Of a stretch of DNA of 64,000 nucleotides, positions 1 to 8,807 are shown piece after piece (within the stretch, counting starts at the first letter, position 1; each line of letters starts with the position of its first letter). The translations under genes and the position numbers were made by a program. Origin of the DNA: a virus; IMG/VR virus record IMGVR_UViG_3300042387_001967; one strand, 5' to 3'. The notes beneath the pieces are model-generated. The model did not search any database and had not been told where the DNA came from. It saw nothing but the letters and a program-made list of their open reading frames with translations.

Positions 1-522
1 GGCCAGGAAATCCACACCCTGCACCAGATACTCCCCTGCATTCAGACCCTGAATAACGATCGGCAGGATGTGCGACGGCACGGGAACCAGATACCAGTCA
101 CGACTCTGGTCTGCCAGGAACATGTCCTGGTCCTCCTCGACCTTCGCGACGAACTCGAGCGACAGGCGCGCAAGTTTCGTCGCCAACGGATCGGCGCTGT
201 AGCCGCCAGCCCCGGACCGGTAGCCGGCGTAGATCGGCGTGCCGTCCGGCATGACGACGCGCCGGTGGCTATACTCCCGCTGCTTCTTGCCGATGACTGC
301 GAATTCGCCGTCCGTAAATTGGAAGTAGACATCCTCCACGAGCACGCGCTCGCTGTTCAGCGCGGCGGCCGCCGCCTGATCCAGCTGGGCAAGCAGCGAT
401 GCGCCGCCTGCCGCGCTCACGATGGCGCGGATGATCTGACGGGTGGGCCCGTCGACCTGGCTCTCCCAGAGCGAACCCTGCCCGCCGTATAATTTGTGCC
501 GCAGATCGTAGTCGGCTTTCAT
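1..522 (-). CDS. Partial baseplate wedge-type protein (runs off the window edge)
   Basis: Hand translation from ATG at 522 (MKADYDLRHKLYGGQGSLWESQ...) stays open to position 1. It follows the baseplate-J-like gene. Function is inferred from synteny. Confidence 0.5.
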   Translation of the reverse strand, partial: MKADYDLRHKLYGGQGSLWESQVDGPTRQIIRAIVSAAGGASLLAQLDQAAAAALNSERVLVEDVYFQFTDGEFAVIGKKQREYSHRRVVMPDGTPIYAGYRSGAGGYSADPLATKLARLSLEFVAKVEEDQDMFLADQSRDWYLVPVPSHILPIVIQGLNAGEYLVQGVDFLA

Positions 523-523
523 G

Positions 524-2278
524 TCAGGCGGTTTCGACGAAGCTCACGTTCTCAGGATCGACAGCGTAACGCACGGTGCGGTTGGTTGCTGCCCAGGCGT
601 CGGCAGGTCCTCCCGGTGAGATCTCCCCGTCGACGATCTCATACGGATTGTTGACCGTCGCGATGTCCGTAAACGTGGGGATGTAGAGCGCGTCCGATTC
701 CGTCGCCCAGTCCGCCGTGATGTCCGCATCACCAGGATCAGCGATCGCGACGCGCAGCAAGCGTGAAGCTGCCGAGACCAGTATGCGCCCAGCGACGCCC
801 ACCGCGATGATTTTGTCCGCTCCGGCGTTGCGCATGATGTCGTAGATCTCCGTCACGCGAAAATCATCCGGGTGGCCAGCGGTGCGGAGATACTCCACGA
901 TCTTGTCCCTGGCCACGCTGAGCAGCGTCTTCACTCCCTGCTTCTTCACATACGTGATTTCGAGATCATCGAGGACAAGCAGCGGGCCGGACTTCACGAG
1001 CACGTCCACGCCGGCCGGTCGATACTCCGGCGACTCGAGCAACGACGACACCGTTTCGAGCAGCGGATCAGCGTCGTAGGTGATGGTGAAAATGGCATAC
1101 TGATCGCCGTCATCCTCGCTCAGCGGAATCAGCGGCACGTCCAAACCGTCCACGATCGGCACCAGCGACAAGTAGAGCGACTCGAACCGCGTTCCGCAGT
1201 GCAGGCTGCCGTAGAGATCGGCGCGATCGGTTTTGCTGAACACCGCATAAGAACTCACCAGCGACTCGGTCGTGGTGCCGGACCACTCGATGCTGACGAT
1301 CCGCGACGCGCGGTGAAGCAACGGCAGCAGGCCGCGGAACACTTTGTCCCCGACCGACGGTTGCACGTAGTCCAGGCGGACGCTCTGCGTGATGCGCTGC
1401 ATGTCCCGAGCCGACCGGAAGTAGACGTCGACGGAGGGCGCCGTCAGCGCGAGCGCCGAACCTGCGGCGATTCGCTGCATCTCAGCGTCGCTCGGGACGA
1501 TAGGTGAGACCATGTTGGACTCCGGCCAGTTGCGATACACCAGCGCCTTCGTGGACGCGCGCGACCCGGACGTCAGCGAGCAGGCGATCTTGCGCGCCGT
1601 GCGCGCCAAGTCAGACAGTGTAGCTGACGGCACGCCCGACGTGAAAGTGATGGCCGCCGCAATGCCGACGAGCGTCGTCGCGATCTCAGTGGCTGCGCCT
1701 TCCGTGCCGATTTCGATTGGCGCGCTCAGTGTGCCTTCCACCGGCAAGTCCACCGCCCAAGTGTTGGCGGTCGTCTGCGCCAGAATGTAGGTGTCAGCCG
1801 CCCCGGTGTGCGTGCTGCCGGCGGCCAGTATCTGGACGTAGGTGGCGTCCGGGTTGACCGCCTTCAGAACCCAATCGTCGTCAGCGGCGAAGCGGAAGCG
1901 AATCGTGCGATCCAAACTGACGGCGTTTGGACTCGAGAAGGTCAGACGCACCAGACCAAACGCCCGCAGGTTCTCCACGTCGTAGACCCCGAAATTCCCG
2001 AGGTAGGCCTTCACAAACTCGCATGAGTAGATCAGCCCTTCGGCGACGTTGCCCAGGTCCAGGTCGCTCATGAACCTGCTGTGCGCTTCGTTCGTGGCTG
2101 CCCTGCGCAGTGCCAGCGGGGTGATGACGAGATCGCCGGTCGGCGTACCTGGCGCCAGGTCCACGTCGGGCATGGCGGGACGCAACTCGGCCACCTCTTC
2201 CGCGCGCGCAGCAGCGATCTGCTCCGGCGTCAGTTCCGCCACGGATGGGTAATACTCTTTGGTGAAGCTCAGGTTCAT
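524..2278 (-). CDS. Baseplate J-like wedge protein
   Basis: 584 aa. N-terminal 'PDVDLAPGTPTGDLVITP' is typical of BplJ/gp6-like proteins. It follows a gp25-like gene. Confidence 0.62.
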   Translation of the reverse strand: MNLSFTKEYYPSVAELTPEQIAAARAEEVAELRPAMPDVDLAPGTPTGDLVITPLALRRAATNEAHSRFMSDLDLGNVAEGLIYSCEFVKAYLGNFGVYDVENLRAFGLVRLTFSSPNAVSLDRTIRFRFAADDDWVLKAVNPDATYVQILAAGSTHTGAADTYILAQTTANTWAVDLPVEGTLSAPIEIGTEGAATEIATTLVGIAAAITFTSGVPSATLSDLARTARKIACSLTSGSRASTKALVYRNWPESNMVSPIVPSDAEMQRIAAGSALALTAPSVDVYFRSARDMQRITQSVRLDYVQPSVGDKVFRGLLPLLHRASRIVSIEWSGTTTESLVSSYAVFSKTDRADLYGSLHCGTRFESLYLSLVPIVDGLDVPLIPLSEDDGDQYAIFTITYDADPLLETVSSLLESPEYRPAGVDVLVKSGPLLVLDDLEITYVKKQGVKTLLSVARDKIVEYLRTAGHPDDFRVTEIYDIMRNAGADKIIAVGVAGRILVSAASRLLRVAIADPGDADITADWATESDALYIPTFTDIATVNNPYEIVDGEISPGGPADAWAATNRTVRYAVDPENVSFVETA

Positions 2279-2676
2279 TCGATGGATTTGATTTCCTGCG
2301 TGGTTTGTCCAGCGCGATTGGTCACGGTGATACCCACCTGCGCCACGTTGTCTTTGACGGTGATCAGCGTGGTTTTTATGCTGGCTACGCTGTCGGCCGC
2401 CGCGCGCGCAGGTTCGTCGTAGAGCAGCATGTCGCTGCGCGCCTTCAGCGCGCCGAAGTTCAGGATGTGCTGCAGGCCCAGCATGTCAAACGCGCCGTAG
2501 CTGAAAAGCGTGCGCGCCACTTCCGTGCCTCGGTCCGGCAGCAGCTTGTCGGACCCGAGCTGAGTCAGCAGCGAAACGCTGACGCGCTGCGCGACCGCAG
2601 CCATCCCATCCACTGAGCTGCCCCAGTCGATCGCCACTTTATTGGCTCCGCCGAAATTGATCTTGAGTGCTCTCAT
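2275..2676 (-). CDS. gp25-like baseplate wedge / sheath initiator
   Basis: 133 aa from ATG 2676 (ATGA overlap with the upstream stop). 'LLTQLGSDKLLPDRGT' resembles the gp25 motif. Lies directly before BplJ. Confidence 0.58.
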   Translation of the reverse strand: MRALKINFGGANKVAIDWGSSVDGMAAVAQRVSVSLLTQLGSDKLLPDRGTEVARTLFSYGAFDMLGLQHILNFGALKARSDMLLYDEPARAAADSVASIKTTLITVKDNVAQVGITVTNRAGQTTQEIKSIE

Positions 2677-2999
2677 GCGTAGTTGTTGCCGTCCTGGATC
2701 TGACCGCCCCCGTCGTAGATGGATCTCAGGCATTGGCTCATGCCGAAAATCTGCAGGTAAGGAGCGGAAGCCACAGCGTAGCGCGCGTCCCGCGCGACCG
2801 CCAGCTTGAAGCGCCGGACCATCGAAGAGTCGCCGTCGGCCGGCTTCACGTCAGCGAAACTGAGTCGCTCCTGCATCGTCGCGCCGCCGCTGCCTGAGAA
2901 CTCGAAAGGACCGCTTGGCAGGCGACCCTGCAGTTCCTGCCGGTGCTCTTGGAATGCGCGCGTGCGTGCGCGTTCATCTGCGAGCGCGTGCCCTTTCAT
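2673..2999 (-). CDS. Hypothetical protein, probably baseplate-associated
   Basis: 108 aa ORF translationally coupled by overlaps at both ends. Confidence 0.5.
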   Translation of the reverse strand: MKGHALADERARTRAFQEHRQELQGRLPSGPFEFSGSGGATMQERLSFADVKPADGDSSMVRRFKLAVARDARYAVASAPYLQIFGMSQCLRSIYDGGGQIQDGNNYA

Positions 3000-3760
3000 G
3001 CGTGTGCGCCCTCGATTTGACCTTCCATGTCCTGCATCTTCAGGCCGATGCGGTCCGAGCGGCGGGTCACCTGAGACGGCGAGATCCCGAGCTGCGCGGC
3101 GATGACATTCTTCGCCAGCAGCGGCGATCCGCCGTAGCCAGTCGTGTGCTCGATAATCTTGCGGTCGACGCGGTCGGACGTGTCGTAGACATACTCCAGA
3201 GCCTCACCCAGGAAGTCCGGCATGTCGTGCCCTTCGTCATACATCTGCGAGGACGCCGCCACCGGCCTGGTGATCTTGCGCACCGCGGCGATGCGCTTCA
3301 CGGACAGCCCGGAGCGGTCCGCCAGCTGCTTCACGTCCGGGTCGAACCCGAGCTCGTCCTGCAGTTCCCTCGATGAGCGTTCGATTGCCCAGGCATCGAT
3401 CGCGGCGCGATCCGGAACCTTCACCGGCCCCTGACTCTCGCGGCGGTAGCGCTGCAGCGACTGCAGCTGGTTCTGCGTCCATGTGCGCAGGTTGACGCCA
3501 GCGCCCGGACTGAATTTCCGAACGGCGTCCGCCGCATACAGCCGCGCCTGGTGCCGCATCTGCGGGTTCACGCTCACGCCCATGGAGGACAGCTTGAAGC
3601 TGATCGTAGGGTCGAGCGAGCGCACCACGCGGTTCATGTTGTCCGGCGTCGGATCCTTGCGCCACGCGCCGTAGAGCGCCTCTGACGAAGTCGGCAGCGG
3701 GGACGTTGGAATATCTGGAGTCACGGGTATCAGTCTATACGCTTTGCTGCGGCTTGTCAC
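2996..3760 (-). CDS. Sigma70-family RNA polymerase sigma factor (compact, regions 2-4)
   Basis: Region 2-like 'AADAVRKFSPGAGVNLRTW', region 3-like 'VKVPDR...LQDELGFDPDVKQLADRSGLSVKRI', region 4 HTH 'IAAQLGISPSQVTRR'. Confidence 0.75.
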   Translation of the reverse strand: MTSRSKAYRLIPVTPDIPTSPLPTSSEALYGAWRKDPTPDNMNRVVRSLDPTISFKLSSMGVSVNPQMRHQARLYAADAVRKFSPGAGVNLRTWTQNQLQSLQRYRRESQGPVKVPDRAAIDAWAIERSSRELQDELGFDPDVKQLADRSGLSVKRIAAVRKITRPVAASSQMYDEGHDMPDFLGEALEYVYDTSDRVDRKIIEHTTGYGGSPLLAKNVIAAQLGISPSQVTRRSDRIGLKMQDMEGQIEGAHA

Positions 3761-3917
3761 GCTTGAGCCGCTCGCTCAGCATGTAGCGAAATCGCTCATG
3801 CACTTTGCGCACGGCGCACTTGCTGCATCCCCCTCCTCGGGAATGCAAGGCGGACTGCAGCTCCGCGTGGTAGCGTTTCTCAAGTTCCGGGTAGCGCGCG
3901 ATACCCGGAACGCTCAC
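3735..3917 (-). CDS. Small CxxC protein
   Basis: 60 aa, GTGA overlap with the upstream gene, contains GCSKC. Confidence 0.55.
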   Translation of the reverse strand: MSVPGIARYPELEKRYHAELQSALHSRGGGCSKCAVRKVHERFRYMLSERLKRDKPQQSV

Positions 3918-4291
3918 AGCAGGCCCTTCGCCTCGAGCTTCCCCCGGAACGCGCGGATCAACTTTCCGACCTCGCAGCTGGGGCAGGGTGCGCCGCCGTA
4001 GCTCGACACGAGCTTCCGCTTCGCGGCGAAGAATTCCTCGCGAAGTTCCTCGCTTCCAGGAATCGGATTGACGTCCACTTGTTCCGTCACCCAGCGTCCG
4101 ACAACCTGCGCCTTGCGGCGCTCAGGCGACGTCTCCTGCGTGGGGGTCGCGCGCCCTTCGGCGACGTGATCGAGCGCGGTCATGTCGGCATACTCCGCGA
4201 TGACGGTGAGTTCCGCGTCGAGCTCGATCGTGTAGGGCACGCGCTGGTCGCCCTTCATCCGGAATATCCTCAGTTTGCGTGGTGCTGGCAT
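3914..4291 (-). CDS. CxxC protein
   Basis: 125 aa from ATG 4291 (MPAPRKLR...). C-terminal 'PCPSCEVGKLIRAFR' resembles the 60-aa neighbour. Confidence 0.55.
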   Translation of the reverse strand: MPAPRKLRIFRMKGDQRVPYTIELDAELTVIAEYADMTALDHVAEGRATPTQETSPERRKAQVVGRWVTEQVDVNPIPGSEELREEFFAAKRKLVSSYGGAPCPSCEVGKLIRAFRGKLEAKGLL

Positions 4292-4296
4292 GGGTG

Positions 4297-4665
4297 TTAG
4301 ATGTGGTGGAACAGGCGGTGGCCGATCCAGGCTGCGGTCGCCCATATCAGCGGCACGAGAAAGATTGGCAAGAAGAAACCGGCGACGCCGAACAGCGTCC
4401 CGACCGCGGCGACATGCGCGGACAGGCAGCCTGGACATCCGAGGACGCCACGAATGAACCCGGGGGCGTTGGACTCGGCCGCCAGGAACATCTCGAAGTC
4501 CTCCGTGTTGAGCGTCAGGATGTCCTCGCGCGTCCGGTCCGCGCGCCACGATTTCGGAAACACGTAGGCGAACAGCGCGTGACGCAGCTCGCCCTTGAAG
4601 AACCAGTGGAGCCAGGCGGCGGTCCAGCCGGCGACGAGGAACAGAATGAAGACGATGGTGAGCAT
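4297..4665 (-). CDS. Membrane protein with CxxC (DUF1360-like)
   Basis: N-terminal TM helix, 'LGCPGCLSAH', then two C-terminal TM helices. Alternative GTG start at 4704. Confidence 0.55.
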   Translation of the reverse strand: MLTIVFILFLVAGWTAAWLHWFFKGELRHALFAYVFPKSWRADRTREDILTLNTEDFEMFLAAESNAPGFIRGVLGCPGCLSAHVAAVGTLFGVAGFFLPIFLVPLIWATAAWIGHRLFHHI

Positions 4666-4729
4666 GGGGAAAGATTTACCGGATGCGCGGAGCGACGCAA
4701 GCACGATTATGACCAGCGACTAGAGCTCT

Positions 4730-5338
4730 TTATGTTAAACTTTCAAATTCCTCACATATTCTTCTTATGTCTTCTTCTGTGAATTGCTTTTTCAAATGCG
4801 TGTTCTCCTTCAGGCATCGCGGCGGTGTCCCAACATACAAACCGAAGCATTTTGGGTTCACCTTTTTGGTGATGACAGTACCCATTCCTATCATACTCCC
4901 GCTGCCTATCCTTGAGTATTGGTGACACATGCTACCAATTCCCATATTAACGTAACGCCCGATCATGGAGTGCCCGGCTATTATGACATTACACGACAGT
5001 ATGGCATTACTCATTATTGTTGAGTCATGCCCTACGTGGCTGGCTTTAAGCATGAGTATGTGATCCATCAGCTTTGTTGGTTTTTCACAACCCGCGTTTA
5101 TAGTCACATACTCTCTAAAGATGTTGTCATCTCCTATGATGACCCCTTTGTTGGGCTTGCCAAAATAAGCCTTGTGTTCTGGCTCGGTGCCGACAGAACA
5201 AAAGGCTTCAAATCTGTTGTTGTGACCAATCAAGGTATCTCCGGTGATATAACAAAAAGCGCCAACGTAATTACCGTGACCCAATTTCACACCATCGCCG
5301 ATCACAGCGGTCGGGTGTATGTAGTTTGCTTTGTCCAT
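4730..5338 (-). CDS. lpxA: LpxA-like UDP-GlcNAc acyltransferase (left-handed beta helix)
   Basis: IHPTAVI start, hexapeptide repeats, and residues matching E. coli LpxA K76, H122/H125/D126 (SHVGHD), H144 (AGH) and H160/Q161. The C-terminal helical domain is truncated. AT-rich relative to neighbours. Confidence 0.75.
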   Translation of the reverse strand: MDKANYIHPTAVIGDGVKLGHGNYVGAFCYITGDTLIGHNNRFEAFCSVGTEPEHKAYFGKPNKGVIIGDDNIFREYVTINAGCEKPTKLMDHILMLKASHVGHDSTIMSNAILSCNVIIAGHSMIGRYVNMGIGSMCHQYSRIGSGSMIGMGTVITKKVNPKCFGLYVGTPPRCLKENTHLKKQFTEEDIRRICEEFESLT

Positions 5339-5381
5339 CGTGTTCAGGTCTTTATATTACGCATTATTGGTAAAGGAGCAG

Positions 5382-6710
5382 TCACAACCACCTAATACGA
5401 TCATGATACGTGAGCGCCTTGTCAACAAAAGAGCACACTGTCGGATCTGCATCGTGTATGCGTCGAAAAAGATTTCCCTCCTCACCAAACTCAGAGTAGG
5501 ACCATCCGAAAGAATTGTAGTAGTCCGCATCAAATGCAATTTGTCCTCCGTCGACGTGCCCTCCTGTAAGATGGCTTAACCCAGCCGCGCGAAAGTGACC
5601 ATGATTCACTTCCTGTCGAAAGTGAATCATCTTGACCACGGGATTCTCTCTTACGTGAGCAACGAGGCTAGACACAAATTCCGGGTGAAGCAGATTGTCG
5701 TCTGACAGTATCAGCACCCAGGTCTTACTGAGGCTGCGGAGTGTGTCGTCCCATATACGAAGGTGGTCGCAAAACTGCATTCTCTCGGGTCTGTTCATTT
5801 TGACCAGCCACCGCAGATCCACACCGTCCGGAACCTGCGCGCTAGTAACTGAAGCAGCTACGCAAGGTAGCAACTGCGGACGACTACAGAAGGTCAGAAG
5901 TGTCACGCGCAGGGTGGTGTCTGCGGGTTGTTTGATATGAGGTGCCAACTCGCCTTTGATGTTGTTCCAATGCGTGTGCACGCGTGAACCGCTCCAGAAA
6001 TTTTCGTTTTCACACAGTAGACTGACCATGTGATGCCACGGCTTGCTACCTAACCACAGTTCTGCGTGCATGCGCGCCCATGGATTGCCGGCTATGTGAG
6101 GTCCTCCGCGCTCTCTGTAACTCGACACAGAATCAAGGCTGTTAATCCAGTCCGCTCTCGCCATCCAGAAATTACCACTGTAGTGCGGATGCTGTGGATT
6201 GTGCTGCCAGTTCACGCCGACCATATCCGCCGATTGGAGAAGCTGTAGGTTGTGCTGCCATCCGGTAACGATGTAATGCATCATCACGCGACGCCAAGCG
6301 CCTTTGCAGGAATCGTGCGGCGCACTAACACCTTTCGTGTGTAGATACATCACGACACCGGACGGATGCTCTTCGCACCACACATCCAGCGCAGCCAATG
6401 TAGGAGTTTCGTAATTATGGAAGTCGGGAGCGCTACCAACGATATCGAGATCGAATTGACGAAGCCACGCAACATCATCAGACGTCCCCAGCACGAAAGA
6501 CTTCGGCCTGCCTAACCCGGCGGCTGTCAAGTGCGCCATCTGTTCCGTTACAACTTCTTTCCAGTTACCCATACACGCTATGTGATAGAACACCTGCAAA
6601 TCTTCCAAGGTATATGACACAGCAGATTCTCGCACGCCGCGCCTGAGATCGTAACCTGCTTTGCTGTGATAATCGATCAGTGTAGTCGTAGCGAATTGAT
6701 CTACTGCCAT
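5382..6710 (-). CDS. Two-domain glycosyltransferase-like protein
   Basis: Likely start ATG 6710 (442 aa). First domain has YLHTKG and HYSGNFW motifs. Second is GT-A/GT2-like with 'LILSDDN' and 'VDGGQ'. Confidence 0.6.
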   Translation of the reverse strand: MAVDQFATTTLIDYHSKAGYDLRRGVRESAVSYTLEDLQVFYHIACMGNWKEVVTEQMAHLTAAGLGRPKSFVLGTSDDVAWLRQFDLDIVGSAPDFHNYETPTLAALDVWCEEHPSGVVMYLHTKGVSAPHDSCKGAWRRVMMHYIVTGWQHNLQLLQSADMVGVNWQHNPQHPHYSGNFWMARADWINSLDSVSSYRERGGPHIAGNPWARMHAELWLGSKPWHHMVSLLCENENFWSGSRVHTHWNNIKGELAPHIKQPADTTLRVTLLTFCSRPQLLPCVAASVTSAQVPDGVDLRWLVKMNRPERMQFCDHLRIWDDTLRSLSKTWVLILSDDNLLHPEFVSSLVAHVRENPVVKMIHFRQEVNHGHFRAAGLSHLTGGHVDGGQIAFDADYYNSFGWSYSEFGEEGNLFRRIHDADPTVCSFVDKALTYHDRIRWL

Positions 6711-7537
6711 GTCATCGCCTCCAGTTTTTTTCCACTCACGTTGGAGGTGTTGGCACGTTGCCCGCAAATCCATTTCGCAGGGCAGTAGACTGGCCAGTCC
6801 GCGCGCTGATGCGCCAACTCCAGCTGGTGGTCGATGTGCTTGTTCGTGCCGACGTAATCCGGCATGTAGGACACGTGGTTGTAGATCTTCTGGATGTAGG
6901 CGGCGCTGACTGCATAAGCGTGCGTCCTGTTCACCGACTTGCCGACGATGACATCCGGGTTTGGCGTCTTGCCGATCGGTCTCCTGTGCTGCCCGCCCAG
7001 GTAGATCTGGCCCCAATCGGCAGGCACGCTCGTCATGAAGCGTTTGAGATCCTCCAGCGCGTTGTCCAGGAAGAACACGTCGTCCTCCAGGATCAGGGCG
7101 CTGCCCCAGGTCAGCGCCTCGCGCTCGTCCCGGATGTGCATCAGGTCCTCGCATATGCGCCTGTGGCTCTGCAGGCAACCCCAAGCTCCGCGGCCGCCGC
7201 CCCACCCGGCAGGGTGCGACGTGTAGTCTCCGATGATCGCCGGGTAGACGGTGATCTTGTCGATATCCGCGAGCCCCTTGCTCGTGATCTCTTCCTTGAA
7301 TTCCGCCAGGCGGTCGGGCCGGTGCTGGCAGTTGATTACGAACACGCGGTCGAACCAGTCGGTCAGCTTCGCGGGCGCGGCGATCACCGGCTGCGGCGCC
7401 TCCGCGAGGCTGACCGTCGCGCCGTTCTTGCTGTGCGGTCTGCCCTTTGTGCTAGGTTTTAGGCTCATGCTCTGTATGGGTGTCTGCTGTTGATTTACAC
7501 TGCTGCGTGCCGCGGGTGTCGTCAACGCGAACGTCAT
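6701..7537 (-). CDS. Glycosyltransferase family 25
   Basis: 'FDRVFVIN...RPDRL', 'GCLQSH', 'LILEDDV', 'IYLGG', 'THAYAVS' are GT25 hallmarks. Confidence 0.8.
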   Translation of the reverse strand: MTFALTTPAARSSVNQQQTPIQSMSLKPSTKGRPHSKNGATVSLAEAPQPVIAAPAKLTDWFDRVFVINCQHRPDRLAEFKEEITSKGLADIDKITVYPAIIGDYTSHPAGWGGGRGAWGCLQSHRRICEDLMHIRDEREALTWGSALILEDDVFFLDNALEDLKRFMTSVPADWGQIYLGGQHRRPIGKTPNPDVIVGKSVNRTHAYAVSAAYIQKIYNHVSYMPDYVGTNKHIDHQLELAHQRADWPVYCPAKWICGQRANTSNVSGKKLEAMTWQ

Positions 7538-7628
7538 TCAGCGCCGTGGATGCTTTTGCAATTCGGGCGACAGCGCAAGCGATTTCGCAGTCCTCTCCCG
7601 GCTTCCGGTTGGTCCGCAGCACGCAGCA

Positions 7629-8807
7629 TCAGATCAGTGTGAACGTCCCGTTGTCGAACACGGTAACGGTAGCGACAGTCTTTGCGGCAGGCACGGCCGT
7701 GATGTTCGGGTTGAAGCCGGGAGTGATGGTCAGCGGAGGCGATGTGACGCCGTTATATGTGACGGTCACGGTTGCGGTCGAACCCCTCCTGAACCACCAG
7801 TCCGCCTTGAGGTCCAGCACGGTTGACGTGGTCCACGCTCCGGCCGTAAGGGCGTCCTCGGCGCTGATGTAATAGTCCTCGTGCCCGCCGGTCCATGGTA
7901 CAGAGAAGTCCTGCCAGAGCATATACGCGGCAGAAATACCGTTAGCATACCAGCCTAGTGTGTTACCCAGAAACGCAGTGCTGGTGATCAGGTCGTACCC
8001 GCCGGTCCATTCGTATTTAATCACCATGACTTCGCCGCAGTCCGTGCAGGGAGTGCAGCCCATCTCATTGTCACACCAGATGCCGCCGCCTGCGAAGACT
8101 GAACCTGCGTCCAACCATGCTCGACAGTCGTCGTACGTCACCTCGATGTGCGCTAGAGATGTTACCGAAGGGCCTGGATCTGATGCAGTGACGGCGATGT
8201 TGCCCGAAAACACCAGCATCCCGCACGCATCTACGGCCTGCACTTCAAGCGACGTGTAAAGCCGGTCGAAGATGGTGTGAGTCCCGGACTGTGTACCGCT
8301 TGTATTTATGGCAGCGCCTCCCAACGTCGCGGATAATTCAAAGGTATTTGCCGTCTTGTTCTTTACATAGTACCCTACATTTGCGGCCAAACCCGTTGGC
8401 AAAGAACCCGTGGTCTCGAAGGAGACGCGCCGGTTATTGGCGTAGCCGTGACTGGCCTTTGATACCACGCATGGAGATGCGATGGTCATTGTGACCGTTC
8501 CTCCGGCGACCGCCGCGCCGTATACGTCTACCGTTGAACCGGCACCTAACACTGTGGTGATTTGCTCTGGTGCGCCTACTGGCGCTAGCACTGGCTCACA
8601 GCCATCGCCCGTAACAGGGTCGCTGAGGTTGGCTGGTAAGTAGCCGGGGGTTCCGGTGTATCCGCCAGTGATATACACATCGATCGGAAGCAGGATCGCA
8701 GGACCGCAGCAGCAACAGCCGGAGCTGCCGGAACCAGAGCCGCTACCAGAGCCGGAGCCGCTACTTGAGCTGACTGAACCGGATGACTTGGAGCTGCCGT
8801 AGCTCAT
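7629..8807 (-). CDS. Tail fibre / tail-tip protein with Ser-Gly linker and CCCC
   Basis: N-terminal (SG)n plus CCCC. Internal 'TIASPCVV...HG...TTGSLPTGL...YYV...FELSATLGG' module of the kind common in phage fibres (E1-FCCH-like). Confidence 0.6.
   Translation of the reverse strand: MSYGSSKSSGSVSSSSGSGSGSGSGSGSSGCCCCGPAILLPIDVYITGGYTGTPGYLPANLSDPVTGDGCEPVLAPVGAPEQITTVLGAGSTVDVYGAAVAGGTVTMTIASPCVVSKASHGYANNRRVSFETTGSLPTGLAANVGYYVKNKTANTFELSATLGGAAINTSGTQSGTHTIFDRLYTSLEVQAVDACGMLVFSGNIAVTASDPGPSVTSLAHIEVTYDDCRAWLDAGSVFAGGGIWCDNEMGCTPCTDCGEVMVIKYEWTGGYDLITSTAFLGNTLGWYANGISAAYMLWQDFSVPWTGGHEDYYISAEDALTAGAWTTSTVLDLKADWWFRRGSTATVTVTYNGVTSPPLTITPGFNPNITAVPAAKTVATVTVFDNGTFTLI

Noticed and set aside
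6711-7205. N-terminal extension of the 607-aa ORF call
   Set aside because: It overlaps the GT25 gene in another frame; ATG 6710 next to the GT25 stop is the plausible start.
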